In this document: one piece after another, positions 1-14,900 of the stretch
Layout: every line of letters begins with the position of its first letter
How positions within the stretch are numbered: the first letter of the stretch is position 1
Origin: Bugula neritina
Lineage: Eukaryota > Animalia > Bryozoa
Length of the DNA stretch: 64,000 nt
Assembly: GCA_964035545.1 (NCBI GenBank)
Contig: OZ037765.1
Coordinates: 18,104,995 to 18,168,994, forward strand
Direction: 5' to 3'
Translations under genes and position numbers: made by a program
The notes under the pieces: generated by a model
The model's database searches: none
Told to the model about the DNA's origin: nothing
What the model saw: only the letters and a program-made list of their open reading frames with translations

Positions 1-1320
1 CACTTAATGACTCATTAGTAATATTGGGTATTTTCATTGATTTCTCAAAAGCATTCGATACAATCAACCACAATATTTTGCTACAGAAACTACGAGATTA
101 CAATTTTGATTCTCACTCCATAAGTTTAATCCAAAACTACTTGACCAATCGAACACAGCATGTTATAATAGAGAACAGTATATCCAATTCCTTGCATATT
201 ACCTGTGGAGTTCCCCAGGGCTCTATCTTGGGCCCTGTGCTCTTTCTGCTGTACATAAATGATTTAGCTACCCATTGTCCTTTATTTGATACTATTCTGT
301 TTGCAGACGACACAAATCTTTTTTGGAAGAGCAAAGATTTAAATGCTGATATTGGAAATATAAACTCCTCACTAAATAAAGTTAATAACTGGTGCATTGC
401 AAACAAACTAACTCTAAACTTAACGAAAACAAACTATATCATTGTTAAAAACTACCAAAAGAATTTTGTACTTAACAGTACCATCCATATTGACAATATA
501 CCTCTCTCGCCTAGCTCAGAAATAAAATTTTTAGGTGTAGTCATCGACATTAACTTAAACTGGTGTGCTCATATAAATTCTTTAAGGACTCAGCTCAACA
601 AAGTAACTGGTATGATATACTTAGCTTCAAAGTTTTTACCATACAAAGCTTTGATTTTATTATATAACAGTCTGATAAACAGCAAACTTACATATTGCTT
701 AGAAGCCTGGGGAAATGCCCCTAAAACCCACCTGAACAAGTTGCTTTTAATTCAAAAACGCATTATTCGCATTATTTTCCACAAATCACCTACTGAACAC
801 ACGTCACCTCTATTTATCAAAGCAGAAATTCTTCCTATTGATCTCTTGTATATCTACCGCCTATGTCTTCTTGGTCATTCAGCTTATTATACTCCATCTC
901 ACACCAAACAACCACCAAATTACCTCACCAGACATTCTGAACTTTCCTTACCCTTACCTCTCTCTACCTCCGCAGCAGGTCATCGTCAAGTGTCCTACCA
1001 GATGTCTAGCAATTGGAATAAACTACCTCTGACTTTAAGACATCATCAAAGCTTTGCCACATTTAAAATATTGTTGAAAAAGCACCTACTAAAATCTTTA
1101 ACTTAATCTAAATAAATAGTTCCCACTATTTTTTCAACTGCCACTTGGGCCCCGCTCCTTGAATAGCTATGCTACTGAGCACATGGGCCCCCATCTTGAT
1201 ATTATATATAAATTGAATTTAGCTCTTTTTGTGTTACTGTTGTATATTTGTATTTTTTTGTCCTTTTTGTTTTTTTTTTTTTTTGATGGAAATAAAGAAA
1301 ACAAACAAACAAAACAAAAA
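1..1320 (+). mobile_element. Non-LTR retrotransposon (LINE, CR1/L2 group): 3' part of ORF2 reverse transcriptase plus 3' UTR; 5' part outside the window
   Basis: ORF 24-1106 is open from the window edge and has RT motifs FIDFSKAFDT, GVPQGSILGP, LFADDT, KFLGV. The 3' UTR has a stem-loop (1147-1190), a T-rich tract, AATAAA (~1292) and a (CAAA)n-like tail to ~1320. Antisense to, and intronic in, gamma-tubulin. Confidence 0.93.
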
Positions 1321-1851
1321 TAAGTATGAGCTTGTAAATAGAATATTTTTCAGTAAAGTTTAGCCAGGATTGGCAGTTATCATTACACAATGCTGAACTC
1401 TTCATTTTCTGGGATATGTTTTGGGAGTTGTTCTAAGAGGCATATGTACAGGAAATTAGTTTGTAATTTTGTGTGCTTTAAAAAACATGTATTATAAAGT
1501 TCTCAAGAGCTAATCAAGCCTTTTGGAGACAAGGTGACAGCTGGTACTCACATTGAAAGTAAAAATGAGCAGGTTTGACACAAAAAGCATAAAAGAAAGT
1601 GTTAGAAAGACAGGTGCAAGAAAGGTGATCACATGAGATCAACCTTTAGAAATAATCCACAAGAACTAACATAACTTTTGTTAACAACAAAACCATTACA
1701 GAGAAAGATGAACATTATAAACATAAGAAGTTGTTTGCCATTGTCTCTTTTATCCAAATTACTATTATTTTCTACAGAAGTGTTGAACACGTTAATTGGT
1801 AGAGAAAACTCTTGGCTGAACAGAGAAATAAGGAAGAGGAATTGCACCAAC

Positions 1852-4800
1852 CTGAGTAGGGTCAACCTCTCCCTGGATGATGTTCAGAATGGAAATGTAG
1901 CAGTGATTAGCCTGTCTGTTGATGGGAGTAGAGACCATCATGTTCTTGGGTTGTAGCAACCGTCGCATTACATCTAGCACAGTTGTCTTACGGACATTGG
2001 CAACCTGTAAATATACACCATATGATTGGTGTAGACTATATTTTTATAGAGAAGCAACACTAACTGTAAAGTGAATTAAATAAGAATAGCAGCCATTAAA
2101 TTGGGTACCATCAACCACCTAATGCTGTACTTCACAAGTCTCCATTATAAAACATCAAACCACTGAAAATTGATTTTGGTTAATTTTTCTACATTTTCTC
2201 ACTAGAATATGGACACTGGGGTTCTTACCACCTTTAAAAGAATATAGTATTTATTTTAACTTCTGTCTAAATACAATCTCACTTTATACTGTGGTTAAAT
2301 TATTAAAAAAAATATTGCTTTTCACTTTCACTGCCAGTCATAACAACCCTGGCCCATACTTGCCCATACTTAGCATTTTCTATTCTATAACTAATTGATA
2401 GTGCTAACTTGAATAGTAACTGCGGATTTAGAGTATAAGGTACAAACCTGAGAGTCTGTGGTGAGAGGCGTATAGCCAGTCATTAGGAAATGGAGCCGCG
2501 GAGTGGGTATGAGCGAACTTATTAGGCCTATCAGATCATTGTTCATGTAACCGGGAACCCTCAAAGTGGTCGTACTGGCAGACATCACTGTGGATACCTG
2601 TTAGAATAGAGAGCAAATTAGCGTATCACTATAATTAATATGTAAAAGAGTAGGTTGAAGCTCCACCCCAAGGAGAACATCCTCTATTCAAGTTGTGCTT
2701 TGAAGCACAGGCTCAACAACTTCTTGTCACCGTGTGATGGTCAAGTGCCAGTCTATTAGCACCTTGTATAACAGTTGGCACACTGCTATTATAATTAAAA
2801 TAACTCTGATAAATGCCAGAAATGATTGGAAATTTTAAAGGGACTGTCTGTCACTTAACAAAAATTATGCTTAAATTGTGATTTGATATTATAAACCCAC
2901 AAAATATAAAACTAAACAATAATTTTAGAAAAATTTTCCAACAGTAAACCAAATGAGAAAAGTTCATTAAAAAGTGAAAAAATTAAACCAATGACCCAAT
3001 GTCAAATTATTATGCCCTTTTAATTTATTATCATTATTATTTATATTATTATTGAGAAATAAAAAAACTGAAAGTATTAAAAAGCAGCATTGATTTAATT
3101 TATTTTACTTGTAAAATATATTTCCATAACAACAAGGGTATGAATAGCCAACAATTTTAGCCCAAGAAAGGCCGGTTAGTCTATAGCATCTTATAAGGCA
3201 GATCCTTGCATTAGTAAAAGCAAGTTCAACTATAGATTGGATTTATTTCATGAAAACAGAAGTTCTTCTACCAAATGATGAAGTCGAAAATAGAGGTTTA
3301 GACTATCGCCAACTGTGCGTTAAAGAGCGAGCCCACTATAGATTTCTTACTTAAGGTATTACCAAAATTTTTTTACCACCAACTTATTCATAAAATAAAT
3401 AGATACTTTTTGTTTGAGCAATTCTTTTAAAATTTTGCAACTACGGAATTGAAAAATGAAGCTTTGAACGCCGCAGAAAAGTCCTGATTAGGTAACTTCA
3501 GGTTTTCCTTAAATTAACACATTATTAATAATAAAAGCCGTAAAGAAAACACGTTGAACAATAAAATTTGCTCTTCATACAACTAGTCATTTTGAACATG
3601 CCTTTTCTTGTCCAACTAGAGTATTAGGTGAAGACAATTTTTAAATTTTATAAAATGCGTACTGTTGACAACATGTGGTGACAACTCCTAAATTCCAAAA
3701 CAGAAACCTACAAGTTTTTATCTTATAAATTATTGGGACAAATTTTAAGATTTATTAGTTCATTGATAAGTCAGAGTGAAATGAATTTTCATACATGCTG
3801 GTCCAGTCTGTATAGTTCAAAATTTTGAAAGAGCCTTGTAAAAGTCTGTAAATCTAAAACTGTATTACAGATCATGCTGATGCTAATTCTATTTCATGAA
3901 CTAAAAGTACACCATAAATAAGAGTCGATACTTTCAAAGGTGGGCCTGCTAAAAGTAGTTAAGTATAGGTATACAGCAAATATTCAATTATCTAGTAAAT
4001 AAGTTAAGTAATCTGTAGCCAAAACTTAGTAGCCTCATGCAGATCAAACAGTTTTATTCACTTTCACATTATAATCACTCGCTCAAAATAAAATTTTAAA
4101 TGCCAAGTTAAACAGCAGCACTGAGAGCAGTAAATGATATGGGAGTTTGAGAATATACAAAAACAAAATATAACAGAATATTTAACTTGATTAAATGATT
4201 TTATCCCAAAGTAAGAGGTTAGAAAAATCTACTTTTAGTTGTATTTAAGTTAAGTTTGATTTACTTATCGATTACATGAACTAAAAATCCAATCATATAG
4301 ATTATAGAGTGGTGTCAATATTAAGGTTGTCAAGTTTTGACGACTCCAAGAAATAGCTATAAACTATCAGAAATTAAGTTTAAAATTAATAAAATCAAAG
4401 GATCGGTGTAAAGCAACAAACTGAGATATAGAAATAGCACTGCCAGGCAACAGGCTTCATCCACTAAGGCGATAACTAGGCCAACTTACCAGATGATTTA
4501 TTTGCTGAAATGTAGGATTTTCAATATGTAACCTTTCAACAGCTATTCTGTGCAGAGCTGTATTATCCAAAACATTCTGCAACATAATACTTAGTTAGAA
4601 ATAAAATAATTCAAAACCTTTGCAACCATAATCCACAACATCATAGGGTCATCGACTTCCCTTAGGGGATTCAAATCTTAAAACAAATAAATTATGTCAA
4701 ATTGAATTCATATAAAATAAAATGAAACAAAAATTATTAATGTTAGGCCTTACCACACAGTCAGCATTTTGTGTAAGCCGTTTCAGTGTCAGCAAAGAGT

Positions 4801-7800
4801 TATACGGCTGTACAACAACGTCGCTGATTTCATCTTGATTAGGGAACACTGAATACGTTTGTATCAACTTCTTAGGAAATCTACAACATAGCCGACATGG
4901 ACAGCCCAGTGAATGTGAGCCTGCTGTTTCCACAAACACAAAGTTTCAACCCTGCTGATCAGAAATACATTTCTTCTAAAAGATACTTCATAACACACAA
5001 TATGAGGATCTACTATGGTACAAATGTCAACACAGGCAACGTCGGTTATTTAAAAGTAATTGTATGTGTACTGTCAGATTTAGAGAGATTGAATTATGAG
5101 TTTAGTTTGAAGTAGTCACACCTTGAATAATCGTACAAATTAAAAAAACACTAATTTTTACTTGCAAGTTCAATAAAATATTGCTAAGCTTATTTATGCA
5201 AATGAAATCCATGTAGCAATGTTGTAGGGATAACTCTTATTGACTGTACATTACTAAGAACTTATCTGCATTGCATCAAGCTTTAACATAAAACACATTC
5301 AACTGGAGGAAAAGCAAAAATAACCCACATACCTGTCATTCAGCTTTTCTAATATGTATGATCCCATACCGGACCCTGTTCCTCCAGCAATCGAGTGGCA
5401 CAGCAAAAATCCCTGAAAGACAACTCTCATTATCATAAAAATAGGCAAATCAACTGTGCAAAAATCAATATAAAGTGTAATACACTGATGCTACATATAA
5501 AGTCACTATATCCAGAGCAGTGCATGCATAATTCATGCTCTATCTGGTACTATTTAAAAAAAAAACTTCTAAAATTATCAGAACTAGCCAGGCAGAAATA
5601 CTTTTCTTTCAAAGTGTGCCAAACATGAGTTAGAATCAGGACAATTTGGCTGAATTGGGTTTGAGTATTTAAAAACTATTACTTGAACATCACAAGGATA
5701 GCTGGTTAGCAAGACTACCAATCTAACAATATTCACATATCAAGATCAAAAAATGAGAGATTTACAAGCACACCAGTTTGAACATCAATCAACCTCAACC
5801 AGAAAGAATTACACCACAGCAGCAGTGATTAATATTGTGATTCTTTGCTACAACACTGTATGTATCAGTAATTAGTGATTGAGATATTAGCAACTATTTC
5901 AAACTTTATCATGATTATTATTTAGTGACAGCTATTGATATAGTTCATAGCAATGTAGAAGGATAGAGAGCTAGTTTAATTGCTGCTTTCTACTCTGATG
6001 AAACTTGCTGACACCTGCCTGCCATGTAATGTCTCAACTAGTTCTTCACAGAACTAGCCTGCTAGAGTGTGTGTGCCTATAATACACTAATTATTGACTT
6101 ATTTAGTGACAAAATTTAGAGAAATATGTGACAAGTTCACCCACCTCTAAGCTATCACTGCCCTCAGCTTCTCTGTCGATGATATCAAAGACTTCTTCAT
6201 ACAACCTCTCACCCTATAACAAAATAGAAACATAATTACTACCAAAATTTAAAAGACAAACGCCATATAATCAAATAAAATATCCAACTATTTCAGTTAA
6301 CATTTTAAAATAAATATTGAGGCAAAACATAATTTATATCCATTATTTATAATAGAGTTATAAATTTGGACATTATATATTGTGGAATACAGACCTGTGT
6401 GTAGCCGCTGGCCCAGCTATTGCCAGCCCCACCACCGTGTTTAGACATATATATGTTCTCAGGGTTAAAGAGATTGGAATATGCAGAGTTCATGATGCTG
6501 TTGATGACTCGAGGCTCCAAGTCGAGAAGAACAGCTCGAGGAATGTAGTGTTCATCATCTGCCTGCAAATAATCAACAAAACATATGAAGCTGATGTACC
6601 CACGCTAATGAGAAATAGAAAAAAAAACTTTGCTTGCTTTAATTACAAAATAGTTTAAAATATTATGCACTATCAAGTGAAAATATATTCCCTTCATTAT
6701 ACAAAAAAATTAAGAGTTTATACTGGTCACTCTAAATAGAAAAGTATAAGAGCTTCTAAAACTTGCAATCTGTCATGATCAACTGTAGGTTACAACTAAT
6801 GCCTTCTTAAGACACATGCCTACATACATTAGTGTTGTGAGAACTAACTGACGACTTTTAAGGAATGGTTTCATGCAAAGGTTATTAGTCAAATAGGAAA
6901 AATATGGTTAAGTATAAAAATAAAATTGTCTGCGATCTACTCAACACAAAAGCAATAAAAGTTTAATTAAGGTCACATTTAAAGAAATATTGTCATCATT
7001 TATTTGTGATTCCTACAGTAACACAATTTCAGAAAAGGAACTTCTACTTTTGAAAATGATGCTTTCTGTTGGGCTGAGAATTGCTTATGTAACAGAGACA
7101 AGGTGTATTAGTATATAATTTGGCACTGAAAAGAAGGCAACTTCTAATAATTTCTGGGGTAGAGATAATCTTTCATAGCAATGGGTTTACACTTGTAGGT
7201 GTAAAGTTATATATTAGTGAACATAGAAACTGACTAAGTAGTACTATAATAAAGCATACACCAGTGTTTCTCTGCAATATATTGTTGCATTTTTAAATAC
7301 CTGGTAAAAGAAGACATCTTTTCTGTCAATTCCTTCAGTTGCAAAATCCTCCAAAATTCCCTCTACAATTTGCTTAAATTTATTAAATATACACTAAATG
7401 ATGCTTTTAGTTTAAACACACAAAACAAATAATTGCCCAAAGATACTAGAGAATAGTATCGATCTAATGTATCATAAATGGCTCGTTAATGAAATCACAC
7501 AGTGAATAATTGTTTCTTTAGGAAAAAACAAAATAAAATATGAAAAATAATATTTTTTAAAACATATATGTACATGAAAGTTTTACAGCTAAGGTTTTGA
7601 GGTATATTAAATGTATTAGAAAATGTAACATCATTATTATCCTATTTACCGATGCTATAAAATCAACTAAAATAGCTCTTGAAGCAATTAAAGTATTATC
7701 TTATTTATCTTAATGTAGAATTATAGTCACCTGGATTGATTCCATGCTCTGCACACAACTGTTTCCAAAATTCCATCCCAACTGAAAGAAAACATGATTA

Positions 7801-8464
7801 AAATGTAATTTTAAAACCTCTTATTAAAAAAAGAATTGCAACAACTTGACTTTATTGCATATAGTGATATACAAATTGTACGGTTTCAATAAATACTCAT
7901 GCTGTGATATCAGACATGTTTAGGGTCAAAACTTAGGCAATAATATTAAATATTACTATATATAATTTCTTCAGATAAAGAGGAAAAAACCTCTATTTAT
8001 TTAAAAGTCAAAACCCATTAAAGTAAGAGTTTTGTTTATTTGAAGAGGGCCGAAACTGTGTCTAAGTAGCAGAAGATCCAACAAAACGGTGCCCTTACTG
8101 ACATTGTGGTTGCTAATGACCATTACCATGCCAACGTGAAACTCAGTAGATTAATTGATCGAATAAATATGTCAAGTGTCAACTATAAGCACAAGTATAA
8201 GTACAACTATTATTACTGTTTATTGGAATAACTATATTCATAAGTATAAGCATTACTATCAACTTGAAGTCTATAACTATTACTAATAAGTATAAGTTAT
8301 ACTGCATACGCATAAGCTAAACTTAGAATATTATACTCATAGCTCAGAGTGACAGTCACTAACTCTGTAAGTGTAAGTGTACAAGAATTTGGGTATAACA
8401 TTAGTACACGGTTACCTTGATTTCCACATTGTCCAACTTGAAGAGTGATTATATCTCGTGGCAT
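1852..8464 (-). CDS. TUBG1: Gamma-tubulin, partial (10 coding exons seen; C-terminal exons lie left of the window)
   Basis: GT-AG exons 8416-8464, 7731-7781, 7301-7362, 6395-6562, 6145-6213, 5333-5412, 4754-4880, 4490-4576, 2448-2597, 1852-2004 splice in frame: [16 protein letters not shown]...[29 protein letters not shown]...[10 protein letters not shown]...[16 protein letters not shown]...[10 protein letters not shown], diagnostic of gamma-tubulin. Confidence 0.97.
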
Positions 8465-10560
8465 TGTGCTTAGTACAACTTGAACTTTCTACTTTTAGTT
8501 TTCGATTCGACTCGAAGTTCAACTTCAACTTCACATCGAATTAATATTATGATTATTACTTTGATTTTGAATTAATGAAGTTGAACTTGAAGTAATTGAA
8601 CCTAGAAACTTTACAATTATAACATTGACAATAAATTATTGCTTATGCAAGATCTGGTGATCAGCTTGGAATATAAACTTAAGTCAACTGCAATAAAATT
8701 AAATGTATTTCAACATTTATTGAACATAGCAATTGGTAGTTTGGAAAAGGCGCCGGAAAACGATTTCACTGTTATTTCCACAGATGGTCTTTGCAACACC
8801 AAAAAGTATAAAACTTCACTGCTTTTCTTTTGCAAAAACAGTGCAAAATTAAACAATATAAAATAAATATTAAAGGTAAAAAACAATTAGAATAAAGTGC
8901 AATAAAAATTGCTAAAAATTTGAAATTGACGCCTTTCGCATTTCAATGCAAAATCTTTTTAATCTCCAGATTGTATTTTATAAATGGCGGTATTTCCGCT
9001 CACATTTTGTTCTAGGTATTTGATTCTAGTTTTACAATGCAAATATAAATATACTAACAATATAAAAATATAGTCACTTTGAGAGAGCAATAGTTAATAG
9101 TGATTACTTTCAATTTATGTGGTGTGATACTAAGTTGGAATCTATCGCTATGTGTCAATATTCTTACAAGTAACTGATGCTTTAAGTTTTAGTTTAAGTT
9201 TAAGTTCATCATATTTATTAAATATTATTATTAATCATTAATTAAATCATAGTGATTAATTAATAATTAATAGTTAATCATTATCATTATGATTTATGAA
9301 TGCCAATATAAATATGATTTATGAATGCCAATGTAAATATGATTATGAAATATAAATATAGTTGTCATTGACATTATTATTATGATATTTAATTTGATAA
9401 TGATTTAGATTTTAGATTATCATTCAATTTTTATGATCGTTATAATTATAAATCATTAAATGAAATGTATTATTATTATTATTATAGTCATAATTGATAA
9501 TGATGTTGATTATCAGTATTACTATCAGTATGAATTATAATTTTAATTATGATTATCATTAACATTACGATTATGTTTAATTTTGTGTAATTTCATTCGG
9601 AGTATTATAAAATTGAATGTATTTGTAATCATATTGATAATCATTATGAATATCGGTAACTGTAAGTGTAAGTACCAAGTATATGTAATAGCGTTGACAA
9701 TTACTCAGTAATACTTATTAACTGTTACACTTACTTGAAAGCCGTAGGACTAGGTATAAGCTATACTATCACATGGTGATAGTTGCAGTACTCAGTAGTA
9801 ATATGGGTATCAAATTTAAGTTAGCATATGATTATATCAGTATAAATTATAATTGTTTTCAGTTTCAGCTTGCTTCTAGTTTTACTTTAACTTTTAGTGA
9901 TTTACTTTTATTTTTTTAACTTCATTTAAGTTCTACTATTGATTTTAGTCTCTACATCAGGGTCTAATAGTAATGCAGTTACAGTTACTAATGCTCATTA
10001 CAGTTAGAGTTACTAAATCTAATACTATTAGTAATGTAAATAAAGTATTACTATTATAATCTAATATAATTCAATTTAATGATTAATTATATAGTCACTT
10101 TAATTTAGATTATAGGCATCTATAACTTATTTTCCAGTGAAATTAAACTGACTCATAAATCATGACTATAACTATAAGACTGCTCAATTTTCTAAAATAA
10201 AAAACTGCGTAACTAATACTATATCAGTATGAGTATATTGTATTTAAGAGTAGTCATGGTAAAACTGCTAAATTTTAATATATTTTTGGAAATAATGTTG
10301 AATTTGTTGCATATTTACTATTAATATAAATATTGCATTATAATGATTGATGAATAATATTTATTAATCATAATAATTATTTTGATTTTCATGTGTGAGA
10401 TTATATTTTGATTTTCATAATGATATTCTTATTGATATTATATTCATCCTCAAATTTTTGTCAAATTCAAGTCAATGATTACTCAAAGTCAAATTCAATG
10501 GGAATTTGTTTCATTTACTATGCAAGTCAACTTAAATCGTGGTTCAAACCAACAATAGTG

Positions 10561-10714
10561 AATTTGATTAGAAGCTTAAGTTGCTTCTAATCTAATTATA
10601 ATTTAAACTTTGATCAAATTAACTTATACTAAATTATAATTTGATTAGAAGCTTAAGTTGCTTCTAATCTAATTATAATTTAAACTTTGATCAAATTAAC
10701 TTATACTAAATTAT
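10561..10714. repeat. Perfect 77-bp tandem duplication containing a hairpin
   Basis: 10561-10637 equals 10638-10714; each unit contains the inverted repeat GATTAGAAGC-ttaagtt-GCTTCTAATC. Confidence 0.9.
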
Positions 10715-11924
10715 TAATAACGTATATGTGCGTGTTGTTATAATTTTTCAATTGATATGCATTGAACTCTCTTCCAACAGAAATTGGTGTTCAAACTAAA
10801 AAGTTAAATTGCTAGTTTTACTTTAACTTTCAATTGTAGCTATTTCGAAATATATAGTATTATTTAACTTTATTCACAATTGATCAAAGATGATAAATTC
10901 GATAATAAATGTGCTAATTATAATAATATAATAATCATTTTTTCTTATTAACATAAATAGTAAATTTGGACTCAACAGAACTGTTTCAAAGTCAAAAATA
11001 AATCAAATCTCAGTCAAGTCAAGCATTTGAGTTGAATTGCAAAATCGGCTCATTAAAAAATGCAAAAAGTTTTCCCCTACCGGTTACCTATATAAGCAGA
11101 CTTTCTCGAAGTTTAGTATGCTTTAGTCTGCACTCCCATTGTAAGTTTGTTGGCTGTTTTGACAGCTCTTTATAAATACTCATTTTATTTGTTTAGTTGC
11201 TTCGAAGAAATTGATGATTGATTAATAAAATTAGGAACTAGTAATTCTGTCAACTACTTGTAATACAGTTTATTATTTGAGCAGTCTCCAATTTTTGACA
11301 ATACAGTGAATACTGTTGAATACAGTTCAATGCTATACAACTACCTATGCTTGTAACACTACAAACCTTGCTTCAAACCAGAGGCAACAACAGCTGTAAT
11401 AAAAAGAATGAAACTTTAAATCTAGTTTCTTTACTCATCGCATTATTTCTTGGTAATTATTGATAATATTAAGTTTCCACTGTAATATCTTTATATTACC
11501 ATGTTATTACAGTAGCTATTAGTTTTTTCATGTCATACAAATCATACCTAATTATTTAATTCACTTTAAATTAAAGGGCTGTTTAGTTGACAAGATACAT
11601 ATTTTTGTTCCAATTTCCAAGTCAAACTAAGTGATTATGGAATTTTTACGTAAACTTGTTGACTGATTTTTTAAAATTTTAACTAATCTTTGTGTGCATA
11701 TTGCTATTTTTGTGTCAATGGTCCACTCTGTTTAGCTTAATTAATTTATAATTATGATACAGGTTCTTGGTATATTTTAACTCTATTGCCTCTGTCTAAT
11801 TAATTTGGTGAAACTAAAAGGTTAAAATATTCATTAAATGTGATATTTGATGATGAATTGGAAATGGTTGCTTATTTTGTCTTCTTCTTTACAGGTTGTT
11901 GGTAGCCAATACTAATAAATCACA

Positions 11925-14900
11925 ATGCAGGTGTCTAACCCTAATGACATTAAGATTTATAATCTCAGTGCTGGTAGATCCTTACCAGAGGTAAGCAATA
12001 ATATTATAATCACAATTTATTATTCTTCATAGACAAATAATAATGGTGTTATAAACATTGTGAAAGAGAGATCAGTGACAGCGACAATTTTAATTAGTAT
12101 TAAAGCATGTTTTCTTTATTATGCAATGCTCAGTTATTTCAGCATGAAACTAGCATGAAAATGGAAGCCAATAAATTTGTCTTGAAATATTAAAAGTGTT
12201 GATCAAAGCATTTCTAAACTAAAAATTCAAGCTCATTCTGCCAACACCGTGTCTTCATGCGGGTTCACTTTTGGGACTTTTTTACTTAAAAAATATTCCT
12301 TAAGAATAACTCGAAGTAGTCGGAAATGTTTAAAAAAGATTTGAAACATTATTATCATGTCTATATTAGTGATGAGAACTTTCTTTTTCACTTCTTGATA
12401 CTTTCACAACAGTTTAGCAATTTAGGCGGCTCCAGACTTGTCTTGTTAAAGTTTTATTACCTATTATAGTGTAGCTATATAATTATATCTATTCATCTGG
12501 CTGAAATTTTAATGTGATCTTGTAAGGACTTTTGCATTTTGATGCAACCTCTAATGAGCCCACCCAACTTGGTGTATGCAATTGTTTGAAGTGTTTTGAT
12601 TCTCTTGGAGGCATTTTTAGGTTGACAAGTGTGATGTCAACCCTCAATAAAATGCAGATAAAAAGTTGAAAATATTTATGTTGTATGTGGTTGTAATCTA
12701 GTTTTATCATGCATGAAAAAAAACGAAATGAAATTTAAAAGCATACTTTTTGGTGTGCCATGCTAATATGTATAGTTGATAGAAGACATTTTGGTGTTTT
12801 CAGTGGCTCTCGGAAAGAAAGCGCAGAAAGTTACAACAGCAAGACGTTGGTAAGCTGCAGTCTAGTTTCTCCAGGAGCAGTGTTTCTACTCTCATTTTTG
12901 TAAACTAACCTATTTTGTTTTTTTATAACATACTTGAATTAGACTTATTGACTCCAAAGTTTCATTTTAAATTTGCCCTCTTGTTTAATCAGAGTATTGA
13001 AATTGAAATGTTGACTAAAAAGTAGCAAACAGAAAAATTAAAATGGCAGTATGTCTTCAAGTATGACATAGTTTATAATTTTTAAAATTTATTAAGCCTC
13101 TGCTAAATATTGGGTTATTTTGCATCTTACTTTCTTAAGGTAGATATATCTTGCATATATCAATTATTTGACCAACGTTGTCATGTCTGCAGGTTGTTAT
13201 AGACTAGGTTTCTGGTTGTAGATGTCAGACAGCGAATTGAACTGCTCCAAGACTTCTCAATGCCACATGTTAGCAATCTAGTAAAGGTTACTAAAGACAA
13301 CCAATACATTATAACTGCTGGCACATATAAACCTAGGTTGAGAGTGTTTGATACAAATCAGATGTCACTCAAATATGAAAAAGTAATGGACTCGCATGCT
13401 ATACAGCTTATTTCCATTGAAGAAGATTATTCTAAGGTAAAGGGTTACAGTGATTCCTATTGACTGATATATTTGGCTAGTGTGTTGTAAGGAAATTAAT
13501 ACTATCAGTAAACGCATTTACTACAAGTGGTTTTTTTCTCAATAATTTTAGAAATTATTTTCTTTTTCATACATGCATAGTTGCAACAAAATTATCTTCA
13601 AAGTAAGCATGTTTGGTGGTGTTTGAAAGATTTGATGCAGTTTTAAATTATAATTGTAGAATTGTATCCAGCTTTTGAAAACTAACTTTTGAGTGGTAAC
13701 ACAAGTTTTCCATCATTCAAAATAATTCATGTAACTTGCAAAATAAAAATTTTCAGTTATATTTGCTGCGTGTTACATAGGATTACAAAATATATTGGTG
13801 GTTACAAATGGAGACAAATTCAAATAGATATCTTGGACCAAAAATTAATTTATGATAGTTTTTTTTATTGCAATGCATTCAAGATACTACCTTATATTAT
13901 ATTACTGACTGTTGGTTGAATTAATTCAAATATAACATTCAGTTGAATTGCATTTCAGGTTGTTGTACTCCAAGATGATAGATATCTAGAGTTTCACCAC
14001 AGATATGGCAAGATTTTTCGAACTCGAGTGCCTACATTTGGGCGAGATTTAGCATATCATTTTCCATCATGTGATCTTTATATTGCTGCATATGGGTAAG
14101 CTTTTTATTTTGGAACAACTTTTTTCAACAAAATCTTTAAAGGCCCATCATGGAAAACTCTTAAATCACCATAAAGTTTGAAATTTGCTAATTATATCTA
14201 ATATGGGAAAAGACCAGGTTTAGGATATAAGATGGTAAAAATGGTATCTAAATGCCTGTGAGGTTAAATATGTAACTGTAACTATTTATGGAGCACTGGT
14301 TTTGTTAAAATCTGTGTGTCTAAAGTTTTCTGATAAGGCAAAAGATTATCAGATGGCAAACAATCTCCAAGAAGTCATATATACTCCATTTTAGAAATGA
14401 AATCTACAGACTTAACTTGGAGCAAGGAAGGTTTCTCAATCCAATAAAAACCAACTCAAAGTAAGATAGTTCAGTATTCAAGTTCTGTTGGATTTAATGA
14501 GCTTCAGTAACTAGTAGCTATGCCGGGTAAAAATTTGAAAATGCACAAAAAATATATTTATATATTTGATTTAGTAGAACTGAACAAGAATATTGATGAA
14601 AAGTTTGGGGTGTAAACCCCCTAACAAGTTTTACCCAATAAATCTATAAATACTAAAGACTAAGCTGTTAATGGCAATGATGCTGGTTTTGAATTTTATA
14701 TATTGTTACATAAGTGTTCATGTTTATGTGAAAGCATTCAGTCTAATGTATTAGTTTAGACTGCCTCCACACGTACTAGTTTCAAAACAAATTGGTTAAT
14801 GTTTCCTGATGCTTCTTAGTCAACATTAGCCATGCATGTAGTTCCTAAATGTATATATATATATGTATATAACTAACAACACCCTGTCAACTAAAGAAAC

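Noticed and set aside
2835-3700. Possible DNA-transposon remnant starting TTAAAGGGACTGT in a tubulin intron
   Set aside because: No matching inverted end or second copy found in the window.
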